The position numbers and the translations under genes were made by a program. Positions 46,176 through 62,848 of a stretch of 64,000 bases of DNA are shown here, piece by piece. Origin of the DNA: the human T2T-CHM13v2.0 reference genome, Homo sapiens; the NCBI RefSeq assembly GCF_009914755.1, contig NC_060940.1. One strand, given 5' to 3'. Position 1 is the first letter of the stretch; every line of letters starts with the position of its first letter. The notes under the pieces are model-generated. The model did not search any database and was not told the DNA's origin. It saw only the letters and a list, made by a program, of their open reading frames with translations.

Positions 46176-49046
46176 ATTAGTCACTGTTCATAATTTGTTT
46201 CAACCAAAAGACAGTACACACAGCAGAATTCTAATGCATCCCATGTAAATGTTTACATCCATTTTATTCCTCACTCGCCTCTAAGACTTATCATTTAACT
46301 TTAAATTTTTTTTTTTTACATCTCAAAAATATGTCTGCAATAATTAGAGCTTCATTAGCTGTCCCACTTGGAAACAGCTTTTTAATATTTTTACAGTAAA
46401 GAAGATGTGATGGGGCATAATGAAAATGTAACTTACAACACTAAGAAAGAAAAGGGCCTTTATAGGAACACAGTGGGAGTTCATAAAGGAAAGAGTTCAG
46501 AAGCTCTTTCCCATGGGGCCCCCAAATGGAAAACAAAAACAAAACACACAAAGCGCAACCGCAGGTTCTTTGAGGGAAGAAAAAAAAAAAAAAAAAAAAC
46601 CAACTCCAAGGCTCCATCTTGAAGCCAGAATCAGCCTCTTGGAAGTCTGTAAAGCAACTGTGCAAGCTGCTTCGGCATTTCCTTCTGTTAAAGTGTTCCA
46701 GGTCCTGGAACCCTGTCGATGGGACCCACTCACTGATATTGCTTGAAAAAGTTATTCACTTCCAGTTCTACAAGCAGCCCCACTCTCCCGAGCCAAAGCT
46801 GGTCAAAAGTGTTTTAAACTTCAGGACTTTCTGTGCAATTCTCTCTCCAATGATCCTACCCACTCCCAAAGTCATGAATACACAGACATGTAAAACCACT
46901 CTCCCAACTACAAAGTTCATGAACACCCACTTTTTCCTCTCTAGTTTTCTCAGTTTAGGACACTGTGGTTAAAATACATTCACTAGAAAAAAATAGACAC
47001 ATTCAAACTCCTTTCCCCTAGTTCTCATGGCCCAAATATTTTCCAATGCAGAAGATAATGAAGTTGAACCTTGAAAGCAGTACTCCCTAACTTCCAATTT
47101 CTACGACATAAAAAAAATGGGAAGCATGTTATATAAACCATTAGTGTTGGACAGTTTTAAAAGTCTATTTTCATATATGAATGGGACAAACAAGGAGTAC
47201 AAATCACACCTTTAAACTAGCAAGAGGAAAGAATCCCCTCCCAAATGTTACACTGAGGAATGTTTCTTTAAATGATAAAGACCTTAAAATTAACAGATGA
47301 TCACTATGCACAGCCTAAAACTTCCGTGACTGTCCAAACCACCTCAAGGTAACAGCACCAAAGCACTGTGGGAGAAGCTTCTCAGGGAGAGCACCCTTCC
47401 TACAGTTTTTTGAGATTACTTAGATGAATTAATTCTCCTTTAGGATTCCCCGGGATGGGGCAGAAACTAGAATAGAAACGACTCTTGAAGAGGGAAATAA
47501 TGAAGTACAAGTGCATGTGAAATTGTCAAAGTAAGTGTGTGAGGGCTCACTGCTTATCACCCCAGGGTTATCAAAACAGCCTTGGAAAATGCTCTTTCCT
47601 CACAATGCCTGTGAAGTCGTAAATCCATCCAAATTTGCTCCCCCTTGAGTGGTTATACTCGGGAAAGGAATTATTGAAATGTGCAAGTATTCAAAGAAAT
47701 TGAAACATTTCTCCATTTAGCTGCAAGGCCAAGTGAGAGGAAAACTAATTCTGATCCTAGAAACTAAGGCACGCTGAAGCTTTCAAAGATCCAATCATTT
47801 GAAACAGTCTTCACAACCATCAGTATCCTAGGCAGTTATTTGGCTGCTAGTCCTTCAGTATGGTGCTTGTGTTCTGATTCCAAAATCAATTCATATTCTA
47901 CGCAGCACCCTTTGTGTTAAGGCCATGATATTTTACTCCTTCTAGACAAAGCTATGAATGATCATAAACTCTACCTCGAAACTATGATCACCCAAGGAAA
48001 TGCTCTGTCAGCAGAGTAGACCCTTCCCAGCTCCATTAGCTGACAGTGTCTTATAGCATGGTCTTGAACGGATTTCTTCAGAGATTCAACCCAGTTCAAA
48101 TAAAAAAACCTGAGCTGGTTAGCTACAAATATAAGAGAGAAAATAAAGCCTCTACACAAAGAGGAATGTTAAGACAAATTCTATTCAAGAAATCCACCAA
48201 CATTATGTTAATCCTATCATGTTTCACAGCATTAAGTATCCATCCAATGAAATCAGTCTGCAAAGAAACCCTTAAAGGCTATTTTTCATTGCACAGGCAG
48301 AGCAGTTGTCTGAAATATGCACTAGTCCACACTTACATTACTGAAAACTATGCAGGAGATATTATCCTGTTCTTGACTCAGTCAACCATTTACCCAGTGG
48401 AGTAAGTTTTAGCAGATCTTGCTCATACACACTAGTAAGACCAGAAACTTTCCCGTGGAGCCTTTAGTTCAACTCCAGTTTGTCAAATGTTAGGAATATT
48501 CCAGCATCTGATACAGAGCTAGATTTGACAAGACACTGAAGATTTTAAGTAAAGGCTTGGTGAAATGAAGGGGAAAAAAAGGGATATTTGTTTCCAGGTT
48601 TAAGATTGAAGCCATAGTAGTCATTATACTGTATTCAATACAGTAACAATTGCAAACATTGTAAGAGCAAGGTGGGCCTCACTTTTTCTTTCTTCAGTAT
48701 ATAAGACATGGCGCCTGAATACTTGAACATACATAGTACATTCAATGTGTACCACAGAGAGAGTCACCTCTACTTCATTCCAGCAACTCAATTTCAAAGT
48801 TTGATAACATATGGGTCCTTTCTAAAAAGCACTTGGCACTCTCACTAGTTTAAAAAGCTCAAGTCTTTGATGTGAATATTCATGAGATTCGTCTTTTAAA
48901 AGAGACCAATTTCTCAGACTGAGGAAAGGCTATTCCTACCCTATGGTGTCCGTAAGACCTCCTCTGACATAGGGGTATGGAAGCTACAAGGCTTCACTCC
49001 AACACCATAAAGTACAATATGGAAAGATTTCTTTAACCGTGTGGTC

Positions 49047-49052
49047 TTTATT
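49047..49052 (-). terminator. Candidate proximal poly(A) signal AATAAA of AP1G1
   Basis: TTTATT on the + strand, ~1.15 kb downstream of the stop codon. Confidence 0.6.
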
Positions 49053-50205
49053 TCAGTGCCAGTGTTACAGATACAACACAAATGTTCCAGTTAGAAGGAA
49101 TTCAAACGGAATGCCAAGGTCCAAGCCAGGCTCAAGAAATAAAAAGGGAGGTTTGGAGTAATAGATAAGATGACTCCAATACTCACTCTTCCTAAGGGCA
49201 AAGGTACTTTTGATACAGAGTCTGATCTTTGAAACTGGTGAACTCCTCTTCCACCCATTACCATAGTTCAAACAGGCAAGTTATGGGCTTAGGAGCACTT
49301 TAAAATTTGTGGTGGGAATAGGGTCATTAATAACTATGAATATATCTTTTAGAAGGTGACCATTTTGCACTTTAAAGGGAATCAATTTTGAAAATCATGG
49401 AGACTATTCATGACTACAGCTAAAGAATGGCGAGAAAGGGGAGCTGGAAGAGCCTTGGAAGTTTCTATTACAAATAGAGCACCATATCCTTCATGCCAAA
49501 TCTCAACAAAAGCTCTTTTTAACTCCATCTGTCCAGTGTTTACAAATAAACTCGCAAGGTCTGACCAGTTCTTGGTAACAAACATACATGTGTGTGTCTG
49601 TGTGTATACAGCAATGCACAGAAAAGGCTACCAGGAGCCTAATGCCTCTTTCAAACATTGGGGGAACCAGTAGAAAAAGGCAGGGCTCCCTAATGTCCAT
49701 TATTACATTTCCATTCCGAATGCCAGATGTTAAAAGTGCCTGAAGATGGTAACCCAGCTAGTGAGGAATAAATACCCCACCTTGCCCAGTCCACAGAGAA
49801 ACAACAGTAGAAAGAAGGGGCAACTCTTTGCTGCAGAGACAAAGTGAGTGTTTTTTCGCCATGGATTGCAGTCCTCTCCTCCAGACCAGCTGCTTATTTC
49901 CTCAGGGGCCCAGGGAATGTTGATTCTGGCTGTAAATGTGGGAGGGGTGGAGAAGTGCGGAAAAAGGAGAAGAGGAAGAGTGCAAAGTAGCCTCCAGAAG
50001 CAGCCAGCCTCAACAGTGGAGGAGAGGACATTAGTCTTTAACAATGCTTCAAGGTCAGCAGTAACTTTAGGAAAATCCTCCTCAGCAGTTCTCTTCAGCT
50101 CCTCATGCCCGTGGTACAGTTGGGGGGGACTTGCCAGCAATCACAACCTCCTTCCCAGAGTTCCTTTGATTGAGTGGGATAAAGAATGAGAATGGTGCCA
50201 AACCC

Positions 50206-50307
<102 letters not shown>

Positions 50308-51804
50308 CTATAAGAGGAAAAGAGAAGTGCAAATTATATACTGAAATGAAATCTCCAGAATCTGTCCGGTCCACAAATAGACTTTTAATCTTAGAGGTCA
50401 AAACTTAAAGCAAAGCTGTCTGTTAAGAATGACAGGTAAACAACAACAAAAAACACCCAGTACTCTAGGCTTGAGCCAAGAAGCTAACAATGTCATGCCA
50501 CCAAGTTGAGAAAGCGCATCTGCAGAATACACGGTTAGCTTTAATCCTTGAACTGCATTAAAAGGACAGAACTCCTTGGGAGCATTTTTTCTTTTCTTTT
50601 CTTTTGAAACAGGGTTTTGTTCTTATTGCCCAGGCTGGAGTGCAGTGGCACAATCTTGGCTCACCGCAACCCCCGCCTCCCGGGTTCAAGCAATTCTCCT
50701 GCCTCAGCCTCCAGAGAAGCCGGGGTTGCAGGCGCTCACCGCCACACCAGACTAATATTTTTATTTTTAGTAGAGACGGGGTTTCACCATGTTGGCCAGG
50801 CTGGTCTTCAACTCCTGACCTCAGATAATACACCCACCTCAGCCTCCTAAAATGCTGGCATTACAGGCGTGAGCCACCATGGAGCATTCTCCTAGTAACA
50901 TTTTGCTGAGTCCTTTTCAAAAAGATTCAAACCTTGTATCCAAGTCTCTTAAAAAATGAGGTGAACATATACTCATCGTACGCTCTCCATTCAGATACAC
51001 TGTTGCTTTATCTGAAAAACCTACAGTAAATGTGAACATGACCTTTTGTTCCTAAAGCATAAAATTTTAAAAAATGACTTAACTCACAGGTAACAGCAGT
51101 AGTTTTAAGAGAACTCAATTAGACACTTTTTGTATGGCAGATTTCAAATACAAATGCACTAAGACATTTTTTACTCTCTGTATCAGATGGTCAAAGGAGT
51201 TTGTGCTTGTACTATAGAGGCCGATGCTCAAAATATAGTGAATAGCAGAGGAAAGGCAAGTGTTACAAGAGAAAGAAAGTATACTGTTACTTATGAGCAA
51301 CTAGTAGAGCTCTATTAAAGAAATTCTCTGAACCATTTTCAAAAACTGAAAACCAACTGATTACTATTAAGGTGAGCTTATTTCTTTGAGAAGAGATAAT
51401 AAAAATATTGCTTAATTTCAGTTTCTAAAGCTATTTTTCATTTGGCTGCTTCATTTAAAATGCCTCTATTTTTCTATTCATACTTAATAACTGTAGCAGT
51501 AAATGTAGGTATTTGGTTTCAACAAATGCTCTTACCTCAGATTTCAACTTGTGTATAAATTAAAATGTCTAAGCTTCTCCCCTACCCCCAAAAACCAGAC
51601 CTTTAATCTAGCTTTTTTTGAAGTTGCATTTTAATAAGATGCCACTAAGCCACCTGATGTCTCTGGGTTCCATTTGTTATTTACAAAAGAGCAAGGAAGT
51701 TAGACCAGGCATTTTCATTGATCTCTTCTCTAACTATGAGTCAGAAAAACCTAAAGAAACAAAGCAGAATTTTATTTCGGGAAATATGCTTACACTTCGG
51801 CTCA

Positions 51805-51930
<126 letters not shown>

Positions 51931-52653
51931 CTAGGGGGGAACAAAGGGCACTCTTCAGAAAAAGAATTACACAACGCTAGGTCAGAGATACCAAAAACCA
52001 TTTAGACACCCAGATGATGGGTCAAGCAACAGATTTCACTACTACTAAGTTTTGCCTACTACTTGTTTTCTAGATATCAGGAATTCACAGCACGTGAGTT
52101 GACTCCCTGTGGTATTTGTAAAAATCCACTGTTCGGTTCTTTGATCATGACAACTAGTAATAAACCACATTCTCCTTTCTGGCAGAAGGAATTCTAGCCT
52201 ACCTCTTTTCAAAAGCTGACCAATTCTTCTTCTGGCAACTTCACTTAATGGTAACTGATCAACTATGCAAGTAAAATATCGGTGCTTTTGGCTTAAAAAA
52301 CAGCCAGAAAGAAATGAAAAGAAAAGCTTCCCAAAAATAGCAAACCAACATACTGGTCACCAACTATAAGCTTTTAGGCTTTTGTGTGATTGGATAACTG
52401 GGATGCAGAGACTTGAACTTTTGTTTTTTAAAGCCTGCATAATCTATAATGTGTCAGAGCCTCCTCTCCACATGACAGAAGGAACGGAAAGACTTGCAGA
52501 ACCAGCCTATACAGCAAAAGACCTAGATAAGCCAAACAGTATTAATTTGTTGAATGCTGGTGGGGTTTATTTGCTTGCTTATAGAAATAAGAGTTGAAAG
52601 TGCTGGCTGGGTGTGGTGGCTCAAGCCTGTAATCCCAGCACTTTGGGAGGTCA

Positions 52654-52896
<243 letters not shown>

Positions 52897-53321
52897 CTAT
52901 ATAGGGCAAGCTAGGTAAACCATACTGTACTACGTAGCTATTGTATGAACTAGCATTTGAAAATCTTTCCTAAAAGTAGATTAAACTTCTAAAATATTTG
53001 AGAGAGAGAGACACTAGTCTTCTCTAGGGCCAAAAGTTGCAAGAGTGAAGATTCACTCTCAATGTACAGATATATTACACTGGGGGCTGGGCACGGTATT
53101 CCCAGCACTTTGGGAGGCCAAGGCGGGCAGATCACCTGAGGTCAGGAGATCTAGATTAGTCTGGTCAACATGGCAAAACCCCATCTCTACTAAAAATACA
53201 AAAATTAGCTGGGTATGGTGGCGCATGCCTGTAATCCCAGCTACTCAGGAGGCTGAGGCAAGAGATTTGCTTGAACCCAGGAGGCAGAGGTTGCCTGGGT
53301 GACAGAGTGAGACTCCATCTC

Positions 53322-53338
<17 letters not shown>

Positions 53339-53361
<23 letters not shown>

Positions 53362-53364
53362 TAT
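53339..53364. repeat. (AT)n microsatellite at an Alu tail
   Basis: Read directly from the sequence. Confidence 0.9.
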
Positions 53365-53574
53365 GGTCTTATTCATAATTCTGCCACATTAAAATTATGT
53401 AAGCTAAAGTATTATTCATTACTACCATATTTCATTAAATGTAAGATACCAATCGTAATTCACACCATTATTTTATGTACCACTGAGATAGAAAACATGC
53501 TGCCCACTGAATTATGACAAGATACCAATTTTTAAATGTATCCTAATTTTAGAAACATTAAAACACGAAATTAG

Positions 53575-54005
<431 letters not shown>

Positions 54006-55014
54006 TAGCCAGGATGGTCTCAATCTCCTGACCTCGTGGGATCCGCCTGCCTCGGCCTCCCAAAGTGCTGGGATTACAGGCGTGAGCCACCGCGCCCAGC
54101 AAAATATGACATTTTAAGTTGAAAATACATTATCATGTTGCACTGTACAGTACACCACCAAAAATGTCATGTTTTAATAGCAGAAGTGATAAGTCACTAG
54201 AGCAGCAGCCTAAAGTAACAAGTATAAAACCTAAGTTGAAGAAACTAAATATACTGAGCACTGAACAGATGAAAAGTGCTTCAAACAGTGCCTGATTCAA
54301 AAAACTTATTTATTCCTTTAAGCAACCTTAGGAAGTGGCTATCATTATCACCACCCTCTTTGCAAATGAAGACACTGAGGCATAGAGGTTCAGTGACTTT
54401 CTTCATGTCATACAACTACTACTAAAATCCAAACAGAATGGCTCTAGAGTTCATTAGTGGTCTTTCACCAATTGACACTACTGCTCCCCTTTTTTTTCTT
54501 CTTTTTTTTGGACAGCGTCTCACTCTATCACCCAGGCTAAAGTGCAGTGGCATGATCTTGGCTAACTGCAACTTCCACCTCCTGGGTTCAAGTGAGTCTC
54601 CCACCTCAGCCTCCTGAGTAGCTGGGACCACAGGCACGCACCATTGCACCTGGCTAATTTTTTGTATTTTTGGTAAAGATGGTGTTTCACCATGTTGCTG
54701 AGGCTGGTCTCAAACTCCTGAGCTCAAGCGATCCACCCGCCTCAGCCTCCCAAATTGCTGGGATTACAGGCGTGAGATACCGTGTCCAGCTAACTGCTTC
54801 TTAAACATCTAAATTATTCTGGCTCCTACAAAGTGTAAGCAAAGAGGGTTGCATGAGAGTCAGAGGATGGGGAAAAAATAAAAAAAGACTGCAAAGTCAG
54901 CAGTACCCACAAACAAAGAAAACATCCTCAATTTCCAAGTCCAAGTGTGTTGTCGGAATGTCTAAATGCCATATTTCACATGCCACTGCCAAGATTAGGT
55001 TAGCTTAGTCTAAA

Positions 55015-55215
55015 CCAGTGGTTGGCAAACTATGGCCCACTGGCCAAGAATCGCCCAACATCTGATTTTGCAAATAACATTTTATTGGAACAGAACTATG
55101 TTCATTCATTTACATGTCATCTACAGCTGTTTCTGTACTATAAGAGCAGAACTGAGTACCAATAAAGACCAGATAGCAGCCTAAAATACTTACTGTCTCA
55201 TCTTTTTAAGAAAAA
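55015..55215 (+). mobile_element. MER58A-like hAT/Charlie element
   Basis: CAGTGGTTGGCAAACTATGGCCCA...TTTTATTGGAACA...CATTCATTTACAT motifs. Confidence 0.7.
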
Positions 55216-55251
55216 CTACCCACTCCTCATTCTCAACTTTTCTTTATTTAG

Positions 55252-55395
<144 letters not shown>

Positions 55396-56130
55396 TAGAG
55401 GAACCTGCCATCACGCCCTGCTAATTTTTTTTTTTTTTTGTACTTTTAGTAGAGACGGGAGTTTCACCATGTTGGCCAGGTTCTCGAACTCCTGATCTCA
55501 AGTGATCTGCCTGCCTCAGCCTCCCAAAGTACTGGGATTACAGCCGTGAGCCACTGCACCCGGCCTCAAGATTTTTCACTATTCATAAATGAACATAAAT
55601 ATCCTTAAACTAAAATTTGGTGTAAACCAAACCTTGATTCACAAAAACAGTTACTGTATCTATAATAAATTGGATGTTAACGAAGGAGGAATGTTTCTCT
55701 CACTTATGTATCAAGAGAGAAAAAATTTCAATTCTGATCTGGTTAACTAGAAGATAATACCAGATAGACAAAGTCTCTCATCTTACTTAACTTTAATCCT
55801 ATGCCATATTTTATGTTTTTAGGTCTTTAACACTGTATTACTAAAGCCTAACCTATCCTCAATGCCCTGAGCATTAACTGATCACCTCGTAGAATTCTGC
55901 TCTCACTACTATTAGAATTGTTTTTCTTTATCCTACAATGCTAACCATCAGAATACTTGTAACCTAGTAAAAATTATTCACTAAAAATGATATGCTTCCA
56001 TGAACCATAAGCTACATTATTGTTAGTTTGAATTAAGTCTACAAATTTAATCTGTAAACATTAAAACATATCCTTTACCAAACACATGAAAAAAAAAAAC
56101 CAGCCAATCTTTAATCAAAGGAAACATCTA

Positions 56131-56334
<204 letters not shown>

Positions 56335-56399
56335 TTATTGTAGTCAGCCTAATGCTTGCAGAATTATTACTTCTTTTTCTTAATAACCACATCTCATTA

Positions 56400-56573
<174 letters not shown>

Positions 56574-56589
56574 TTAACCTTAGGCAGCA

Positions 56590-58130
56590 TGACAAAGCTT
56601 ACCAAGAAATTATAGGGAAAATTATTTCGGTCTCAGGTTAAGGAAAGATTCCTTAAACAAGATGCAAAAAGCATAGACCACAAAGAGAAAGAACTAAAAA
56701 CTCAAGTACTTTAAAACGAGCAACTTCTGTTTATTAAAAAATACTGTAAGAAAAAGTACAGTCTGAGCAACATGGCGAGACCCTGTCTCTACAAAAAAAA
56801 ATACAAAAATTAGCCAGGCATGGTGGTGTGCGCCTGTAGTCCCAGCTACTTGGGAGACTGCAGTGGGAGGATCACTGGAGCCTGGAAAGTTGAGGCTACA
56901 GTGAGCTTGCACCACTGTACTCCAGCCTGGGGGACAGAGCGAGACTCTGTCGCAAAAAAAAAAAAAAAAGTAAAGAGAGAGAGCCCACAGACAGGAGAAA
57001 ATGTTTGCTATACAGTAATGAATGGATAAGTATCCAAACGATAACTGTCTTCTATAAAACCAATAAGAAACAGATAACCCAATTTAAAAGTGTCAAGATA
57101 TAAAAACACGCAAGTCACAAAAGAGGAAACCTGAATGAAAAGGGAATCTTACAAACAGATGCTCAATTTTACCAGTAATGATGGAAGTGGAATTTAAAAT
57201 TATAGTGAGATACTACCTCATGTCTACCAGAATGGTGAAAATTTCGATGTCTGATAATTCCAGATGTTGGCAAGAAGATGGAACGATGGGAAATTTTAAG
57301 CTCTGCTATAGGAAGGTAAACTGGCACAACCAATCTAGAGAGTAATTTGGCAACAGTAGAGTTGAACATCAGTATATCCTTAAACTGAGGTTTCTCAACC
57401 TTGACAGTAATAGCTTTTAGGCTTCCTAATTCTTTGTTGTAGGGGGCTGCCTTGTTTATTGTAGGATATTAAGTAGCACCCCTGGGCTTTTATGCATTAG
57501 ACGGTAGCATCCTCCCAGTTGTAACAACCAAAAATATCTTCAGACACTGCCAACCCCTGGAGGGCAAAATCTTCCCCAGTTGAGAACCGATTACCCCTTC
57601 TTAGGAATGCTTTTAATTAATCCTTGCATGTGTTCACTGGGAGATACATCCAAAAGCATTCATAGCAGGAACACTCCTAATGGTGAAATACTGGAAACAA
57701 CCAAAATGTCTGTCATCTTGATAATGAATAAGTAAACTGATATATTGATATACTAAAATACTACACATGTACAACAGTAAAAAGTGAATTCACTAGAAAT
57801 ACACTTAACATGGATTATTCATAACTCATTCTCACAATTACAATGTTTAGCAAAAAAAGGTGCAAAAAAGAACACATTCAGTTGGATACCTTGTCTAAAA
57901 AGGTAAAAATTGGCAAAATAATACTACATACTATATCAAGAAATGCACAGGAATGGCAAACACCAATGTTAAACACTACTTTAGGATAGACAGTAGTTAC
58001 GTCTGGAATCAAAAAGAAATGGGATGAGAGGGAAATACACAAAGAACATCAACCCTCTTAATATTTTATTTTACAAACTAGGTAGATCAAAACATTCATT
58101 AAATTTTGTAGATGTTAAATGCTGTATAAT
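56590..58130 (+). mobile_element. Degraded L1ME-like fragments, with a 5'-truncated plus-strand Alu at ~56757-56969
   Basis: A-rich L1 ORF2/3' motifs (AACAACCAAAATGTC, CACAAAAGAGGAAA). Confidence 0.5.
57386..57590 (+). mobile_element. MER20 hAT/Charlie element within old L1M sequence
   Basis: GGTTTCTCAACC...GTAACAACCAAAAATATCTTCAGACACTGCC...CCAGTTGAGAACC. Confidence 0.75.
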
Positions 58131-58482
58131 AAAATTTTCACACACACACACGCACCCTGTGAGGGGTGGTATAAAGTGGGGTGGGAAAAAGAAATAGATT
58201 ACCATTCTTATTTAATCTTTCCAAATAAGAACAACTTGACAATCATACAATAGAAGATAATTCATAGAACATGAGGGATATCAAGATTCGAAGAAGAAGC
58301 ATAAGGAAATTCAGTAAAATTAAGAGAATGTATTTAATATTTAAATAGATTTCAAACTACTTGTGAAATTAACTGAAAATATGCCATTTAAAAAAGAACT
58401 ATCACAATGAAATAAAGGAAGGCTAGAATATCATCTTTTTTTAAGAAATTGACAGCAAGAATGAGGGGGAAAAAAGATACTA

Positions 58483-58822
<340 letters not shown>

Positions 58823-59806
58823 TTAGCAAAGAGAATAGAAATACGGATGGCTAAGCAAGCACGAGAAGCTAAAATAAATGCAAACACCATTTGTGCAGTC
58901 CAGCAGATTATCAATGAAGCAGACAAAGAAATATTCATACAGTTCTCCTAGTCTAAAAAATCAAATCGAGAAAATTTCCCCCAATTCCCATTTTCAAAAC
59001 AATTTTAGAAATGTGTTCTCATGGAAAATCAGAGGCTACTCAAGATACAGGCAGCATATAGGTCCCCAACTCCCTCAAATTTTCACTTTTCTTTGTCCTG
59101 TAAAAGTATAGCAAGGTAGTTTAGGAGAAGAGCAGAAACTTACTGCTCCAAACCCTTTAAAAACACATGTTAAATCTATTCTGAATTTCTACTGACTTAA
59201 ATTTCTATATAATGGGGTAAAACTGTAATGATAAATTAAGAAATCTAGAATTCAAAATTTTAAAACTTAATGTAAAAAGTGGAAAAACATCTTTAAAACA
59301 CATTATGAATAAGGCAAGAAAACCCAGACTTTTTAACATTTTATCATTTTGCTTTAACATATAACACTAGGAAAACAAGACAGTAGGAACAAAAAGAAAA
59401 GACTCCACAATAAATGAGCTAAGGATACAGGAATGTTCAGAAAGGAACCTCATCTATAATACAAATATGTGAATAAATATTAAACATTCTCTGTGATCAA
59501 AAAATAATAGGGCCTCTCTCTGCTGACCAAGCCTGGCAGAGGGCTACAAAATTTAAAAAATAATAATAAAAATAAAATATAATAGGACCAAATTTTCACC
59601 CAATAGGGCTTTTTAAAATGATAATATACAATGCTTATGACTGTGCGGTTAAACATATAAATTGAGGAAAAGGTAAATAATATTTACCAAGTGCCTACTA
59701 TGTATCATGCACTGAATAGGTCAATGGGCCTCACAAATATCTTATGGAGTAAGTATTAATCATCCTAATTTTAACCAGATTCAGAAAGACTAAGTCACTT
59801 AGTCTA

Positions 59807-60214
<408 letters not shown>

Positions 60215-61303
60215 CTAACGAACTGAGTAAACAGAGCAAATTTGTTGATAAAGTATTAGTCACCTAAAATTATAATTATGAAGGCTATATATATTAACAT
60301 GGAAATACTAACATATTAGGTGAAGTATATGCTATGGTTTAACTGTGGGGTTGTTTTTTCTTTGCCGGTTATCCAGTACAGCTTTGACATTTGAGGATTT
60401 GAAATTGACCATTTGTAAATGATTCATAAGTACATGACAAGTAACATTTTGAAATTTTGTTAAGACACAGACATAAATCCTATACTCTGTGACTCCACTG
60501 TATTAGGAAAAAAAAAAATCAGCCTGTGGGAATGAGCTTAGCTAACCATCCAACTTGTTATCCTATGTCTATTTTTTACTCAAGGTCATGTGTGCTTTAA
60601 CTCTTCATTATCCTCTTAAAGAAGACAGCAAAACCCCGTCTCTACTAAAAATACAAAAAATTAGCCGGGCATGGTGGCATTCGCCTATAATCCCAGCTAC
60701 TCAGGAGGCTGAGGCAGGAGGCTCACTTGAACGCAGGAGGCAGAGGTTGAAGTGAGCCGAGATAATCCCACTGCACTCCAGCCTGGCTGACAGAGTGAGA
60801 CTCTGTCTCAAAAAAAAAAAAAAAAAGACACTTTAACCTTTCAGCTATACTTTACACTGAAATTTAGGATAGAAGTTGTAGGCCAGGCGTGGTGGCTCAC
60901 ACCTGTAATCCCAGCACTTTGGGAGGCTGAGGTGGGTGGATCACGAGGTCGGGACCAACCTGGCCTACATGGTGAAACCCTGTCTCTCCTAAAACTACAA
61001 AAATTAGCCAGGCGCAGTAGCAGGCGCCTGTAATCCCAGCTATTCAGGAGGCTGAGGCAGGAGACCTGCTTGAACCCAGGTTGCAGAGGCTGCAGTGAGC
61101 CGAGATCATGCTACTGCACTCCAGCCTGGGTGACAGAGTGAGACTCTGTCTCAAAAAAAAAAAAAAAAAGGCCAGGCGAAGTGGCTCACGCCTGTAATCC
61201 CAGCACTTTGGGAGGCCGAGGCAGGGGGATCATGAGGTCAGGAGTTCAGGACCAGCCTGACGAACATGGAGAAACCCCATCTCTACTAAAAATACGAAAA
61301 TTA

Positions 61304-61483
<180 letters not shown>

Positions 61484-61688
61484 TTATCATATTGCTGAAC
61501 ATGTCAATTACAAATGACTGGTATATATGAACAGAAGAAAAAATATTCCCAAATGAAAAGTTATGTTTGAATATTATGAGTGATTGCCCTTCAGTTGCTT
61601 TAATTACAGAAAGTGTGAAAGGGAAGAGGTAAGTAGCAGGTTAACATCTCTCCACAAATGGCCACAGCTACTGAAAACTAACCATTAG

Positions 61689-62117
<429 letters not shown>

Positions 62118-62313
62118 TAATTTATTCACCCAAAATTAGGAGTTTGCCTTTAAGAAATCCGTATAAATTATCTTTAGAGCATTATTAGTATACAACATAT
62201 AACCCGGATATTGTGAAGATTTGACTCTTGCTTCTGATTTAGCCTCTCCCATCTTCAAATGATTCACGTGCTGGAAAGTCTGGGTTCAGTTTAGTTTTTC
62301 CCTGAGGCCTCTA

Positions 62314-62478
<165 letters not shown>

Positions 62479-62635
62479 CTAAACAAGGTAACAACACCTC
62501 AATTCATTATTATTTGATTTGTCTAGTATACATCTAATGCAAAGCTCTTTCAATATGTAAAAATAAGGAAGGAAATCATCAACCAACCCAGGAACATTAA
62601 AGGGACTCAGCTAAGAGACAAGCTGTAAGGGACTA

Positions 62636-62848
<213 letters not shown>

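Larger units (their letters stand above)
46150..50205 (-). other. AP1G1: AP1G1 long 3'UTR (~4 kb)
   Basis: Alu-free sequence from the stop codon to the AATAAA signals at 46263-46268 and 46170-46175; Alus resume immediately beyond. Confidence 0.75.

Noticed and set aside
48627-48645. Perfect 9-bp inverted repeat TACTGTATT-C-AATACAGTA
   Set aside because: Short and AT-rich; plausible by chance in 64 kb and far too small for a pre-miRNA.
49280-49375. GCACTTT miR-17-family motifs on the + strand
   Set aside because: Wrong strand for the AP1G1 mRNA. A single sense 7mer at 49733-49739 is too weak to report alone.
46407-50189. ORFs of 60-136 aa within the AP1G1 3'UTR
   Set aside because: No homology recognised, several non-ATG starts, no splice support; consistent with chance.
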